From a virus (lineage: Duplodnaviria; Caudoviricetes), in IMG/VR virus record IMGVR_UViG_3300005832_000038, positions 1 through 63,847 of that record: a stretch of 63,847 nucleotides of DNA; one strand, 5' to 3'. Below, one piece after another: positions 25,318-36,939 of the stretch (the stretch's first letter is position 1; each line of letters opens with the position of its first letter). The translations under genes were made by a program, and so were the position numbers. The notes under the pieces were generated by a model. It did no database searches, was not told the origin of the DNA, and was given only the letters and a program-made list of their open reading frames with translations.

Positions 25318-26130
25318 ATGAATTTTGATTTCGAAGTACCAGTAAGTTTTTTCCAAAAAGCAGAGGCGGACCAGGGTAGACAAAGACGTATCGGCGGGAT
25401 CATTTCGTGCGAAACGCGGGATAGACAAAAAGAGGTTATCCTAGCTAAAGGCCTAGAACTAAACGATTTTCTAAGCAACGGTTGGTTCAATGACAACCAT
25501 TCTAAGAAAACCGTTGATATTTTGGGTTATCCCGAATTGACGCGCTACGTGGAAAAGGGTTCGCAACTCCCAGACGGGCGTATGGCCAAGGCCAACGGGC
25601 ATTGGGTGGAAGGCTATCTTCTCGATACGCCGGAAGCCGACAAGGTGTGGGAGCTAGGCAAAGCACTGCAAAAGACGCATCGACGTTTAGGTTTTTCCGT
25701 CGAGGGAAAAATCCTAAGACGTGAAGGCGAAGACAAGCGGATCATAGCGAAAGCGATGGTACGTAACGTCGCCATTACGAACTGTCCAGTTAATACCGAC
25801 TCACGTATGGAAATACTCGCGAAGAGTTTAGCGGCCATGGAGCAGGCCGAACCAAACGGGCTCGAGAAAACGCTTGGTATGGGTGATTGCTCGAGCAATG
25901 AATCCCCGGTAGGCGTGAAAACTGGTATGGGCGCGGGTCAAGTCTTGGCCGAAGAGGATTTGGAACAAGACGTAAAGGACCAAAACGAGAAAAAGAAAAA
26001 GAAGACAAAGAAGTCTTTAACAGCAAATGAGGCATTCGGCTACGTAAAAGCCCGTTTACCGAATGCTACAGACGAGCAAATCGGGCGATTGTTAACCTTG
26101 ACCAGCCGTGCAAAACGGCGGGTTGATTAA
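25318..26130 (+). CDS. Prohead (capsid maturation) protease, HK97/herpes-like fold
   Basis: DRQKEVI..G, NDNH, LGFSVEG, VAITNCPVN; upstream of scaffold and MCP. Confidence 0.88.
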   Translation: MNFDFEVPVSFFQKAEADQGRQRRIGGIISCETRDRQKEVILAKGLELNDFLSNGWFNDNHSKKTVDILGYPELTRYVEKGSQLPDGRMAKANGHWVEGYLLDTPEADKVWELGKALQKTHRRLGFSVEGKILRREGEDKRIIAKAMVRNVAITNCPVNTDSRMEILAKSLAAMEQAEPNGLEKTLGMGDCSSNESPVGVKTGMGAGQVLAEEDLEQDVKDQNEKKKKKTKKSLTANEAFGYVKARLPNATDEQIGRLLTLTSRAKRRVD

Positions 26131-26146
26131 ACAAGGAGTAGACGAA

Positions 26147-26962
26147 ATGTCTCAGGCACAAAGGGACGAGCTTTTGAAAGCTAAATCGGCCCCGAAGGAC
26201 GAAGAGGACGCGGAAGATGAGGGACAAGACGGGGGCGAAGACGAGGGCGAGGATATGGAAGAGTCTTCCGATCTGACAGAAGACGATCTCGAAAAGTCTT
26301 TGGTGCGTTTGCAGAGTCTTGTTGACGCCGAGGATCCTGTTTCGAGAAAACAATTTTTGCTCGAAAAGGCTCAAAAAGAAACACTCGAGAAATCCGAGCA
26401 AAAGGAATTGTTCGAGCTGCTCGGCCAGGGCGAATCCGAGAAGGAAAGCTTTGTTGAAGAGGTGACCAAAGGCCTCGAAGAAAACGACACGCTGCAAAAA
26501 GCGCTCGACGTCAGCGATTTTCTTCAAGAGCAACACGCCGAACTGGTCAAGTCTCTGGGTATGCTCGCCGAGTACCAGGAAAGATCCGACTCGCGCCAGC
26601 ACGCATTCAACTTGATTCTGGCCAAGGCAGTCGCCGACGAGGGTCGGTTGATCAAGAGTATCGCCGAACGAATTTCGGTAATCGAGGAACAACCTGTACG
26701 CGGGCCGAAAAGCAAGGGCGTAGCCGCGCTCGAGAAATCTTTCGCCGGAACCCCTCCCCCATCAAACCAGCTTGGAAAATCGGATGCGCTTAACGGCCTC
26801 ATGGGATTGCTTGAAGAGAGCATGACCAAGGGCATGGAAGGCCGAACCGAGGAGGGGATCGACATCGCCAGCGCTATCACGAAATGCGAATTGTTCGGCA
26901 CAGTCGATCCCAGGCTAGCATCCAAAATTCGGGAAAAAAGAAACGGCGCGACAACTCACTAA
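26147..26962 (+). CDS. Capsid scaffolding protein
   Basis: Acidic and helical, between protease and MCP; ~12 [LVM]xK[SAG] motifs; AAGGAG RBS before ATG 26147. Confidence 0.75.
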   Translation: MSQAQRDELLKAKSAPKDEEDAEDEGQDGGEDEGEDMEESSDLTEDDLEKSLVRLQSLVDAEDPVSRKQFLLEKAQKETLEKSEQKELFELLGQGESEKESFVEEVTKGLEENDTLQKALDVSDFLQEQHAELVKSLGMLAEYQERSDSRQHAFNLILAKAVADEGRLIKSIAERISVIEEQPVRGPKSKGVAALEKSFAGTPPPSNQLGKSDALNGLMGLLEESMTKGMEGRTEEGIDIASAITKCELFGTVDPRLASKIREKRNGATTH

Positions 26963-27022
26963 AGGGGCGCGCTTTGTTAATTAATTGCCCCACTTAAGGG
27001 GGGTAAAAAGGAGAAAAAGAAA

Positions 27023-28459
27023 ATGTCAGATCAAGTGAGTTGGAAAGATTATGAAGGGGTTGAGGGATTCGGCGCGGCAACCCAACAAGACGTCGACAAT
27101 CTGAACAAGGCCTTGACGGCCGGGGCGGATATAAATGCCCCCGGTTCAGTTGTGGCGGGTGACGGATTCAGTTTACGTGTGGAAAGTTTGGAATCCACTT
27201 TAAAAGTGACTACTTACAAGATGGACCACATACGCCTCTGGAAAGCCATTCCGAAGCTACCCGCATATAATACGGTAGAAGAGTACAATCAGCTACAAGA
27301 ATACGGCTCAAACTCTGATTCGGCGTTTATTGCGGAAGGAAATCTTCCAGAATCCGATGATAGTTCGTATCAGAGAAAATACGCGGTCGTAAAGTTCATG
27401 GGAACGACTCGATCCGTCACGCATCCAATGACCCTAGTTACAAGTGCGATCGGTCCCGTCATTGCGCAAGAAACGATCAACGGGACGATGCACCTTCTTA
27501 AGCAATTGGAAAGCGCATTGTTCTACGGTGATTCATCGCTCATCTCCGTTCAATTCGACGGTTACGAGAAGTTGATCACTGACAATTCACCCGCAACGAA
27601 CATTATCGATCAGCGGGGCCTTCCCCTTTCGGAAGACATTCTCACCGATGCGGCGTTGACTTTGCAGGACAGCCCGAACTATGCGCAACCAACTAACATG
27701 CATTTGAACCCCAAAGTCAAAGCCGATCTCGTGAAAACGTTTTTCCCGAAGGAGCGGCACGATACGTTCGCGGGAAACAAGAACGGGATGATCGGGACGG
27801 ATATTCGCGGTTTCACGTCGCCTGCGGGAGACATCGCCTTTGACGCCAATACGTTCATTACGGACGGTGGCGGGCCAAATGCAGCGGCAATTGGCGATTC
27901 CACGAAACGTCCGGGCACGCCCACGATTTCGACATCGGCGACGACTCCCGCCGATGCAGCGGCGATGTTCACAGCGGACGATGCCGGGGATTATTTCTAC
28001 AGCGTGGTTGCCGTCAACCGGTACGGACGCAGTATCAAGGTAGCAGTGGACGCGAGCGCGATTGCCGTTGCAGCGGGCGACCGTATGACTTTCGGCGTAA
28101 CGCCTGGCGGTACAACCGCAGTTGAGTACTATGCGCTTTATCGCTCCCAGAAAAACGGACTGGTTGGGAATCAGCGACTCATTAAGCGCGTAGCCAATGC
28201 GGCGGGCGCGGGAGCTTCGACGGTAATCGATCAAAACTTCAATCTTCCCTATTGTACATCCGCCTTTATTTTCCAGCAAAATTTGGAGTGCATGTCATTC
28301 AAACAACTGGCCCCATTGATCAAAATCCCACTTGCAACCATTGACACAAGTATCAGGTGGGCTCAATTGCTTTATGGGGTACCTTTGTTATATTGTCCAG
28401 GAAAAGTTTTGATGATCAAAAATATAGGGAGAGCTAGCGGCTACGTAGGTGCACCATAA
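27023..28459 (+). CDS. Major capsid protein (SPO1/Twort-type)
   Basis: NLNKA|LTAG, SLRVESLE..LK..T, AYNTVEEY, FYGDS..QFDG, KQLAPLIKIPLA, LYGVP. Confidence 0.92.
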   Translation: MSDQVSWKDYEGVEGFGAATQQDVDNLNKALTAGADINAPGSVVAGDGFSLRVESLESTLKVTTYKMDHIRLWKAIPKLPAYNTVEEYNQLQEYGSNSDSAFIAEGNLPESDDSSYQRKYAVVKFMGTTRSVTHPMTLVTSAIGPVIAQETINGTMHLLKQLESALFYGDSSLISVQFDGYEKLITDNSPATNIIDQRGLPLSEDILTDAALTLQDSPNYAQPTNMHLNPKVKADLVKTFFPKERHDTFAGNKNGMIGTDIRGFTSPAGDIAFDANTFITDGGGPNAAAIGDSTKRPGTPTISTSATTPADAAAMFTADDAGDYFYSVVAVNRYGRSIKVAVDASAIAVAAGDRMTFGVTPGGTTAVEYYALYRSQKNGLVGNQRLIKRVANAAGAGASTVIDQNFNLPYCTSAFIFQQNLECMSFKQLAPLIKIPLATIDTSIRWAQLLYGVPLLYCPGKVLMIKNIGRASGYVGAP

Positions 28460-28476
28460 GCGATAATTCACGGATG

Positions 28477-28506
28477 TTCCCCCTGATTTTTATCGGGGGG
28501 AATTTT
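28477..28506 (+). terminator. Rho-independent terminator after MCP
   Basis: TTCCCCCTGAT-TTTT-ATCGGGGGGAA followed by TTTT. Confidence 0.75.
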
Positions 28507-28532
28507 CTCGTTTTAAAATGGAGTAGGTTTTT

Positions 28533-29027
28533 ATGACGACATTACGAAACAAATTACCGCACATGGCCGGGCAGAGCGTGACGGTGAATGGCCAAAGGTA
28601 TCAAATTGATTCCACGGGTATCGCGGAAATAGATGATCCCTTGGCTGTGGACAAGCTGGTACAAAATAGGGAGGCGTGGTCTTTGGTAACTACCGAGACA
28701 CCAAAGAAGGCAGAAAAAACTCAAAAAAGCGAAGCCCCGAAGGCCGTAGAGATCCCAAAAAAAGTCGAAGCTCCTACGCCTGCTAAAACGATTGTGCGGG
28801 AACCGATTGTAGAAAAAGAGAAAACGGAATCTAAAGAAAAAACAGACGCAACAACCGAGGATGGTTGGGTGGATTGGCCAGATCCAGATCCAACCATGTC
28901 TATCGGTTACCTGCGACAAATGGCCGATGCGTACCCGTCAGTAAATTACACGATCAAAACTCCCAAGTCGGAATTGATTAAACGTATTTACGCGGCGATG
29001 TACGACACGGTAGACGAGGACGAATAA
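28533..29027 (+). CDS. Hypothetical protein with C-terminal Rho-N/HeH-like helix pair
   Basis: MSIGYLRQMA..KSELIKRI; low-complexity linker. Confidence 0.6.
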   Translation: MTTLRNKLPHMAGQSVTVNGQRYQIDSTGIAEIDDPLAVDKLVQNREAWSLVTTETPKKAEKTQKSEAPKAVEIPKKVEAPTPAKTIVREPIVEKEKTESKEKTDATTEDGWVDWPDPDPTMSIGYLRQMADAYPSVNYTIKTPKSELIKRIYAAMYDTVDEDE

Positions 29028-30291
29028 TGTCTGGTAAAGATATGAAAGATTACATGCCAATTTTGGCAGACCAGGGCATCCCCAATCTCGCGGGCGCGTA
29101 CGCTCGGGGGATTGCCATTCAGTACTTTCGGGCGGCGATGCCTTCCGATGGGGTGATTTCTTTCGCGAGCGTGGGGGCCTCGGATATGGCCAGCGCTTCT
29201 TACGGAATTTTCGTGCACAACCATACCGGAGCGGTCCAAGGAACGGTAGCAGGGACGGCAACGGGGATCACCGTAACCGGGCCGACGGAAGACGACGTAT
29301 TAGACGTTTTTATTGTTGGGCAATTGAAGGGCCAGCAAGTGTAATTTCGTAGCGTCGGTAGAGAGGTGAAACATGAGTGTATTGGAAGGGCGGGGTGGTT
29401 ATCCACATGTATTTCGTGGAACAATAACTACGGCCGGTAGAGCGCACCAATTCCCGTTCGTTACGAAATTTCTAAAAGTGCGGGCGGCCACGAATGCATG
29501 TCAGTTGTATTTTACGGAAGCGGATTTTACGAATGGCGAGAACTACGTAGTAGTTCCCGTAGCAGCGGCCGAAACGCCTTATGGTGAGTGGGAAGGCCCG
29601 GTGGAAGTTTCCAAGGTGTGGCTAAAGGGGTTGGTAGGATCAAGCGAAGTAGAATTGGTGGCTTTCCAGCGAAGAGGTTAAGAGGTGTTGAGTGTCGCCC
29701 AGACAATTACTACGCCTATTCGAAACACGCCCGAGTGAGTCTTTTGATGATCAAAAGACTCCCGCTGAAATTCAAACATCCGAAATTGTATCCGAAAACC
29801 AACAACAGTTTTTAGATTACGTATTGTCGCAAATCAGGCAAATACTGGGTACTGATAATTGGCATGATGTTGTACCCACCAATCTAACAAACGTCGTTTC
29901 CACATTCGAATCTGAACATACGTTTTTGGCGGATTGTTTAGCAACGGATATGGTGGGGGATTGTATTTATAATACAGCCGATCCCATTGGTGGGATTTAC
30001 CAGGTAACGAAATGCAATCCGTATACGTTTGCAACATTGCCATCGATTGGTATTATTCGAAACAAAATTACGGATACGCGTTGTGAGGTGCAATACTCCG
30101 GTGAGATGGCCGGAGTATATGGGGGTTTAGATATATCTAAACCTTTGTTCGTAGGTTTTGACGGTGGATTAACGCAGGTTGTACCGGCCCCTAATGGAGG
30201 GCCGGTTTGGGTTCAACAAATGGGTAAACCGTTGGGGCAATCAATCGTATTGGTGCGCCCTAATGACTTGTTAACGAAAAGGGTTTCGTAA
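29027..30291 (+). other. Three small putative virion genes (29027-29344, 29373-29681, 29692-30291)
   Basis: Co-oriented and beta-rich; the last has a capsid-cement-like C-terminus (GII..G..GL..PLFVG..G.LT). Confidence 0.6.
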
Positions 30292-30316
30292 CAAATAAAG
30301 TAGAGAGCGAGGAACA

Positions 30317-30877
30317 ATGACTGAAAATTTAAGAAAACCAACTGAGGGTGAAACTTCCCCTATTATCTCCCAGCCAAAAATGTCGATAGTACAAGAAGAG
30401 GGAGAAATAACGGAAGCGGTGGAACCGACAACGGAAGGCGGCGGGGAGCAACCAGCAGAGCAACCAGCAGAGCAACCAGCAGAGCAAGTGGGGGCAGTGG
30501 TAAAACCGAAACGTAAACGACGTGGTAGAAAACCAAAGCTTGTTATCCCGAATCAGCTATCGTTGACTCCCATGGAGCTTATGTCTTTGGATTTGAATCA
30601 AGCACGCGTTGATATGCAAGTAACTGTCCTTCAAAACCTGCAAATGAAGGAGCGTATTTTAAACGGGGAATACGCGCAACAACGTGACGTTTTGAAAGCA
30701 AAGCAACGGGATACAATCGCCAGCATGGAGCAATGCAAAGAGGCCTACAATCAAGAACGCGCAAAAATAGAGAAGAGGCTAGGCATTTCTTTGGATTCTT
30801 GCACTGTGCGACAAGACGGCGTTGTTATCCAAATAGATAAAGACGGTAATCCCGAATACGTCGGGGACGGCAGCTAA
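30317..30877 (+). CDS. Coiled-coil hypothetical protein (possible chaperone)
   Basis: EQPA repeat linker, basic patch, coiled coil. Confidence 0.6.
   Translation: MTENLRKPTEGETSPIISQPKMSIVQEEGEITEAVEPTTEGGGEQPAEQPAEQPAEQVGAVVKPKRKRRGRKPKLVIPNQLSLTPMELMSLDLNQARVDMQVTVLQNLQMKERILNGEYAQQRDVLKAKQRDTIASMEQCKEAYNQERAKIEKRLGISLDSCTVRQDGVVIQIDKDGNPEYVGDGS
30446..30487 (+). repeat. 12-bp tandem repeat GAGCAACCAGCA x3.5
   Basis: Seen directly; encodes EQPA repeats. Confidence 0.9.
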
Positions 30878-30913
30878 ACATCGCTGGGATAGGCCAGCAT
30901 ACGGAGGCAAGAA

Positions 30914-32605
30914 ATGACTGAAAGAAAAATACTCTACATGGATCCCACGTACGGATTTCACTCTGAGCAGGACACTGTTTCGGATACCTGGAATCTTTTT
31001 GGCGTGACCGTAGGTGCTGGCAATTTGGCGATGGGCAGTAACCGGATCACGGGAGTGCCCGATACACCTACGGCGGGAACCGACGCAGTTAACCAAAACT
31101 ACGTCGATTCTCGTTTGACTGGTCTCGGGTGGACAGATCCGGTCAATACCCCAATGTTGCTGGGTAACGTGGATTGCATGAGCCTCGTTGGCAACGCGGC
31201 GGCATCGGTAATCGAGGCCTTGTCGGTTGAGGGGGATGCCTACGTCGTGACGGCGGCGGACGGTGTTGGGGCCTTGGCGTCGGCCACGGTCGGCGATGTG
31301 TGGCAGTATGTGTCGTCAACCTGGGTAAAGCTCGCCACGGGTTCGGGTGGGTTTGTTCCTGCTGGATTCTATGCGCTACTGTCCACGACAACCGCCCTCA
31401 TCGCTCCCTACACGGATGCGACTGACGACGGTAAACGAGCCGATTTCGCGGGCTCGAGTTTGACGGGTTCCCTGGTTACTCCCGATTCGGGGCACGCCTA
31501 CGTTATCGATGGCTCGGGTGCGAAATACGAGGGCGATATTCGGGAATGGTCGGGTACCGCGTGGGTTCAGCTCGAGGCCGCTTCGGGTGGTTTTGTTGCG
31601 GCGGGTGTGCGAGCAATTCTCGCCTTGACTCCTTCGGAGACGTTGCTTGCTCCCTACACGGAAGCCTCGGACGACGGGAAGATTGTCGAATTCTCGGGTT
31701 CGAGCAACACGGGTGCTGATACCGGCGACGCAATCAATTCCGCCGCATGTCTGGTCCAGGATACCGCGAATGTGGGTTATTACGATAACCTGGGCTACAC
31801 GTTCTCGGGTTCCACGCCAACCGGTTCGTGGGTACTTTTTACCGGAGCAGGGCAAATTTTGGCCGGTGATGGGCTCACGAAAACATTCAACACAATCGAT
31901 GTGGGCGCGGGCGACGGTATCGCGGTTGCGGCGGATTCCGTAGCCGTGAGCCTTGCCGCTACGCCAGGTTTGGAGTTTTCCTCGGGCTCATTGCGCGCCA
32001 AGGTGGACGGGGCGCACGGTATCGTTCTCGGGGCAAGCGGCCTCGAATTGGAGCTTGACGAGACACCAGACACACTGGACGTTGACGCGGACGGTCTAAA
32101 GGTCGTTGGTCTCCCGAGCTTGTTCAAGATCAACGGTACGGCCGTGGGTGTGGGTGTTACCGCAGCAAACCTCGATGACTTGACGGATGGTAGCAATGCA
32201 GATTCGTTGCATACGCACGCGAGCGCAACGGCAACGGAAGCCCCGAAGGTTGAAGACACTCACCTAAACAACGTCGTTATCGCGGCGGGCGACGTGGTGT
32301 GTTGGAGCGCGACAGCGGACGAATTGGCGATTGCGGACAACAGCGGGACGGAAACATCTCGCGTAATCGGTATCGCCCGCACTGGCGGCGCGGCGAATCC
32401 GGGAACTTCCGAGGTGGTAAAGCACGGTGTATGCACGGGTTGTCTGTCCGGCGCAACAGTACGTACGCCGTATTTCTTGGGAGCAACGGGCGCACGCGTG
32501 GTGTTTGGATCGATTCCGACGCCGGGGCGCGTGATTAGGTTGGGATTCGCGAAGAATGCGACGGATCTCGACGTCCAAGTGATGGATTTGGGCTACAAGC
32601 GCTAG
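30914..32605 (+). CDS. Head fibre / long decoration protein
   Basis: Gly/Ala/Thr-rich; DAVNQNYVD and AGDGL fibre motifs; internal repeat (SGGFV..APYTxAxDDGK); cement-like C-terminus. Confidence 0.7.
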   Translation: MTERKILYMDPTYGFHSEQDTVSDTWNLFGVTVGAGNLAMGSNRITGVPDTPTAGTDAVNQNYVDSRLTGLGWTDPVNTPMLLGNVDCMSLVGNAAASVIEALSVEGDAYVVTAADGVGALASATVGDVWQYVSSTWVKLATGSGGFVPAGFYALLSTTTALIAPYTDATDDGKRADFAGSSLTGSLVTPDSGHAYVIDGSGAKYEGDIREWSGTAWVQLEAASGGFVAAGVRAILALTPSETLLAPYTEASDDGKIVEFSGSSNTGADTGDAINSAACLVQDTANVGYYDNLGYTFSGSTPTGSWVLFTGAGQILAGDGLTKTFNTIDVGAGDGIAVAADSVAVSLAATPGLEFSSGSLRAKVDGAHGIVLGASGLELELDETPDTLDVDADGLKVVGLPSLFKINGTAVGVGVTAANLDDLTDGSNADSLHTHASATATEAPKVEDTHLNNVVIAAGDVVCWSATADELAIADNSGTETSRVIGIARTGGAANPGTSEVVKHGVCTGCLSGATVRTPYFLGATGARVVFGSIPTPGRVIRLGFAKNATDLDVQVMDLGYKR

Positions 32606-32695
32606 GGCTAGGGCTAGCGGTATGGTCGAGGCCCCAACAGTAACGCGTTAACGGATAGCGGTATTGTTGGGGCCAAGGCCTTTAAAGGCGGGTAA

Positions 32696-35600
32696 ATGGC
32701 GGATCGTGTCCAAAGTATAAAATGGGAATCTCCTTCGGGGGGAGGTACCCAAACTGACACAGTGCCAACGGAAATCAATCCAAACGAAGACGGGTTGGAT
32801 GCCCGAAGTTTGTTTCTGCAAAATGATTCAAGCGCAGATAGCACGGTAGAAGTTTCTAGGGATGCTTCCGACAACATGACGTTTAAAGACGGTGTTGTCA
32901 CGGGAACAAAAACGCTCACGGAATTATTAGCCGGGGACGGCGGTCTTACCGCAGAATCGCATAAAGTGCTTCGACAATTAATTCATTTTATTGACGATGG
33001 GCCAGCGGATGGTTTTGCAAGTGGCGCGTATAGAGAAATAAGCGGAACAATTTTTCCAACAACAATTATTTGGTACATTGATTCTGGTAAAACAGACAAA
33101 ATTGTAGAAAAAGATATTACGTGGACAGGAATAAATCCAACAACAATAATTTGGAAAATTTATGATACCGACGGTTCAACGGTTCTTTTGACGGTTACGG
33201 ATACAGTTACGTATAGCGGAATTTATGAGACAAATAGGGTGAGGGCGATTGCATGACTGAGACATTAGCTAGAGTTTTATTTGATTCTAATGGAAATGCG
33301 ATCAAAGTCACGCAAGATGGGAGTGACTATAAATATGAGTTTCTCGGCAAACTTCGAAATGCAGCAGGAACTATCGTCAATCCCGCAACCGAAGATACGC
33401 TAACATCGGCCGATACAAAATTAGGAACAATCGATGGTGTTCTTGATAGCATCAAAGACACTGACGGTATCAAGAAAATTACCGATGAATTGCCAGCGGG
33501 AACACAGGAGATAGGTTTAGTTGGGCAGGGAACGAAGGCGTCTGCGTCGGGAGCATGGCCTACGGTCTTGTACGATGCGAGTGGCAACCCAATCGGCGTC
33601 GTATTGGACGGATCAGTGTATCGACTTGAAACTAGGACACGGTTAAGCGATGGCACGAATTATCAAGATTTCATCCAAGACACAGACAACGGCAATGTAT
33701 GGAGGGCGCAAACAGAAGCTCTTATCGCCCCAGGGTCAACCGTAAATATCGGGACAGGCATTCCTTCAAATCCAGCAGACCTTGTTATCGGTTTTTGCTT
33801 AAATGGGTCTTCTAAAAATATGTTGGTAGATGGCAGCGGCACTGCGGTAAATTTTGATTTTGGGCCTTCTGGTTCTGACATCTATGCTATCCAGGAACTA
33901 CTATTGGTGTTTACAGCCGACGACTTTGAGTTTGATGGATTGTCGTTTGGCCCTAATGTTGCGTTAACTACTGGGATAAATGTGCAAACTGTTATTGATA
34001 GCAATGTGACTATCCTTTCCAACGTTAGCTCTAATGAGGATTTTTTGCGATTTCCAGGTCGTCCACCAATTGTGAATAATACCGGACCAAAAGATTTGCT
34101 GGCAGCGTCTTTGGGGTTTGGTGGGCTAGTGAAACTTTACGGGGCGGACGGCGACTCAATTCGGGTAACGATAAACGACGATTTGACCAGCGTGAAATTT
34201 AAGTATTTGACGGGAACCGTTTTCGCGACAAAGGGGGCTTGACGTGGGCTATACTACGGCGGCTGATGGAACCAGACTTTTCGCTGAACGTAATTTGATT
34301 TTAGGGCAAGACGCGTTCAAAAGAACTGACAATAACTCAGAGCAAATGGCTGTTGATGGCGTTGCTTCCGGGACTGCGGTTATTGTTTGGAATGGAACCG
34401 GCGCTAGTGATACTGGCGGGGATTGGTCGCGCTCGGGTGTGGGTTCAGAATCGGCGGGGGCAATGCACGCGGGAACGAACGGATTAGATACCGGTGTTAC
34501 CGCGAAAGATGATGAGTCAGTTTATGATAACGGTTCAACTGTGGACGTAAACGGAACGTACGCTACTATAAGCTTTTGGTTGCAACCAAAAGCATTCCCA
34601 AGCAAGTCAGAGCTTACTGTACAATTTAGGAATGCGGTAAATAGCAGAATAGGCGCATTGCTAAACGTAGCAAACTACGTGACTAATATGGATTTGGATG
34701 TTTGGCAAAAAGTAGAGATACCGATTACTGATTTTCTGCTAACTGCGGACGTCCAGAAGTTCGTATTTAAATGTGAAAAGAGTGCCGGACAGCAATTTTA
34801 TATTGACGATATTGAATTAGTTTCTTCTGGCGGAAGTGGGCCGTATATCTTTCAGGTGAAAGCACCGGACACGTCTGTCCAGTACCACGTGTCCATGTTG
34901 GTTTTAATGATTGCAGAAATAGAAACCGGTTGGGACGACAACAAGTTTGCGAATATAACCGCGTTGACGAGTGGATTGCTTCTTAGGCAAAGAGATTTGT
35001 CTCTTGGAGAGGACAGCGTTATTTGGAAATTTAACAGTAAAGATAATGTGGATTTATTTGGTCGGTATCACCCACAAGAAAGTTTTATATTTGCAAACGG
35101 CAAATTGCTTGTGGGATTCATGGTCAAACCGGGCGCGGCATCTATTGTAGTAACGGATCAAAGAGTTTTAGAATTTGTTGTGCGAGATGATTTGTCCACA
35201 ATAGACAATATCAGAGCGTTCGCACATTACGGGATTGAGGATGTTACCTGATGGTTGATTTTAGAACACAGAGAAAATCGCGTGATGGGAATACGGTTAT
35301 CGCGCCTACTTTTGAAGATACGATGGGTTTGTATCCTGAATGGTCTGGACATCTCTACACAGCGACAGCGGGCGCGACGAGTATTTTTGATGAATTGGTT
35401 ACTGTAGAAAAACAATTACGTGGTGGTTGGTATGAACTATTCGATGAAAACGCGGTTCAAGGGGATTATATCGAGTTTTCCGTTGTTGATAAAGATGACG
35501 TTCTTGGGTTGTTTGCAATGTTAGGATACACGGTTGGGGAAGACGTCCTTGAATTAAAAAAATATGTGAAGACTGACTACATAAACGTGTTGAAAAGAGA

Positions 35601-35724
35601 TCGTCAAATATTCATGGCAAACTCAACGTTTGTCGTGACGGCCGGTTTGTATATTCGCACAATTTATGTATCAGTTGGTGAAACCGACGTGACTTTCAAG
35701 GTGGTGGTGCATGTCTTCGAATAA
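32696..35724 (+). other. Four putative structural genes (32696-33256, 33253-34242, 34244-35251, 35251-35724)
   Basis: Overlapping stop/start codons; 34244 has a carbohydrate-binding-module-like segment (WQKVEIP..FYIDDIEL). Confidence 0.65.
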
Positions 35725-35829
35725 AAAAATTTTCGTAAATGGAAAAGAAGAAAAGCCGATCAAGAAGAGGAAATTGCCAAGGGATATTGACTGGCAAAAG
35801 ATAATAAAAGAGAAAAACGAAAAAAATAA

Positions 35830-36372
35830 ATGACGGAAGATCCAAAAGTCTTGGTAGTGCTAGCAACCTCGAATAGATTGTATGCCAGGTTTTTACGTTA
35901 TCTTATGGGCTCAAGATTCCATCATGCTTTTATCGTTGTGAATATATCTGAATTGGGTGGATGGCTAGCTATCGATGTTGATAGAAATGGCCCGCATATG
36001 ATTAGTACTCGAAAAGCGTTCGAAGAGATAACAGATTTCGAGTGTATCCGGGCCAAAGAAAACTTGTTCAAGGGGATCGCTGTTTGCCGCGATTACATGG
36101 GTTCGGGATATGATCATAAAGGAGCATGGTTCGGTGTGCTCATACTATGCCTAAAAAGATTGTTTGGTATTAAACCAAAAAATACGGCGCAAGATCCTTT
36201 TAAAATGTACTGCATTGAGTACGTCGCTTCAGTATTTCGTTATTCCGATGTGCGTTCCTTCAAAGATTTAAATGTTTCCAATTTATCAACTTTAGATTTT
36301 CACGATTTAGTTGAAAGTGATCCGACGTTGACCATATTCACTATTTCGAAAAAGGAGCTGTTAAATGGGTAA
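35830..36372 (+). CDS. Permuted papain-like (NlpC/P60, YaeF/YiiX-type) protein
   Basis: N-terminal FHHAFI His, GYD, later YCIEYV Cys. Confidence 0.65.
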   Translation: MTEDPKVLVVLATSNRLYARFLRYLMGSRFHHAFIVVNISELGGWLAIDVDRNGPHMISTRKAFEEITDFECIRAKENLFKGIAVCRDYMGSGYDHKGAWFGVLILCLKRLFGIKPKNTAQDPFKMYCIEYVASVFRYSDVRSFKDLNVSNLSTLDFHDLVESDPTLTIFTISKKELLNG

Positions 36373-36413
36373 GTGTTTTTGGTTTGGCGGAATGCCTCGC
36401 ACGCGGGGAAGAT

Positions 36414-36938
36414 GTGTCCACTAAAACATCTATTCCGCCGCCCTCAACGGGTTATTGGGCATGGGTTCGCGACGAGCTAAAGGTAAAGGCGGATGAGAAA
36501 TGGGTTATCTCGGAATTAAATTCTTTGAGACGTAGTTTTGACGATACAAAAATGACGGCTACGGACGCACGACGGGCAGCGGAAAAGCCTTACGTTTGCA
36601 CGCAGGAAAAGGAAATCGAAAAGATGAAAACGTGGCAAGAAAAAGTCACTAACTGGAAAATTCCGGTGATTATTTCGATTATCATTTTGATACTGAGCGC
36701 GGCCGGGCAGTATTTCAGTTTGAAAGATAGCGTGGAAGACGGCAACCAAGCTCGAGAAGAAATTCAAGAGACACTAAAAAAGATAGAACAAAAGCAGATA
36801 GAAGCTTCCAAAGTTGTTGAGGAAATAAAACAGCGCGACAAGCAAAACGAGGAAATACGCAAAAGAGAATTGAAGGCATTGCTAAAAGAAGTAGTTTCCG
36901 AGTCAAAAGGGGACACGTCGACACGGCGAAACCGATAA
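36414..36938 (+). CDS. Single-TM coiled-coil membrane protein (possible lysis accessory)
   Basis: IPVIISIIILILSAAG transmembrane segment flanked by coiled coils; start uncertain. Confidence 0.5.
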   Translation: MSTKTSIPPPSTGYWAWVRDELKVKADEKWVISELNSLRRSFDDTKMTATDARRAAEKPYVCTQEKEIEKMKTWQEKVTNWKIPVIISIIILILSAAGQYFSLKDSVEDGNQAREEIQETLKKIEQKQIEASKVVEEIKQRDKQNEEIRKRELKALLKEVVSESKGDTSTRRNR

Positions 36939-36939
36939 C

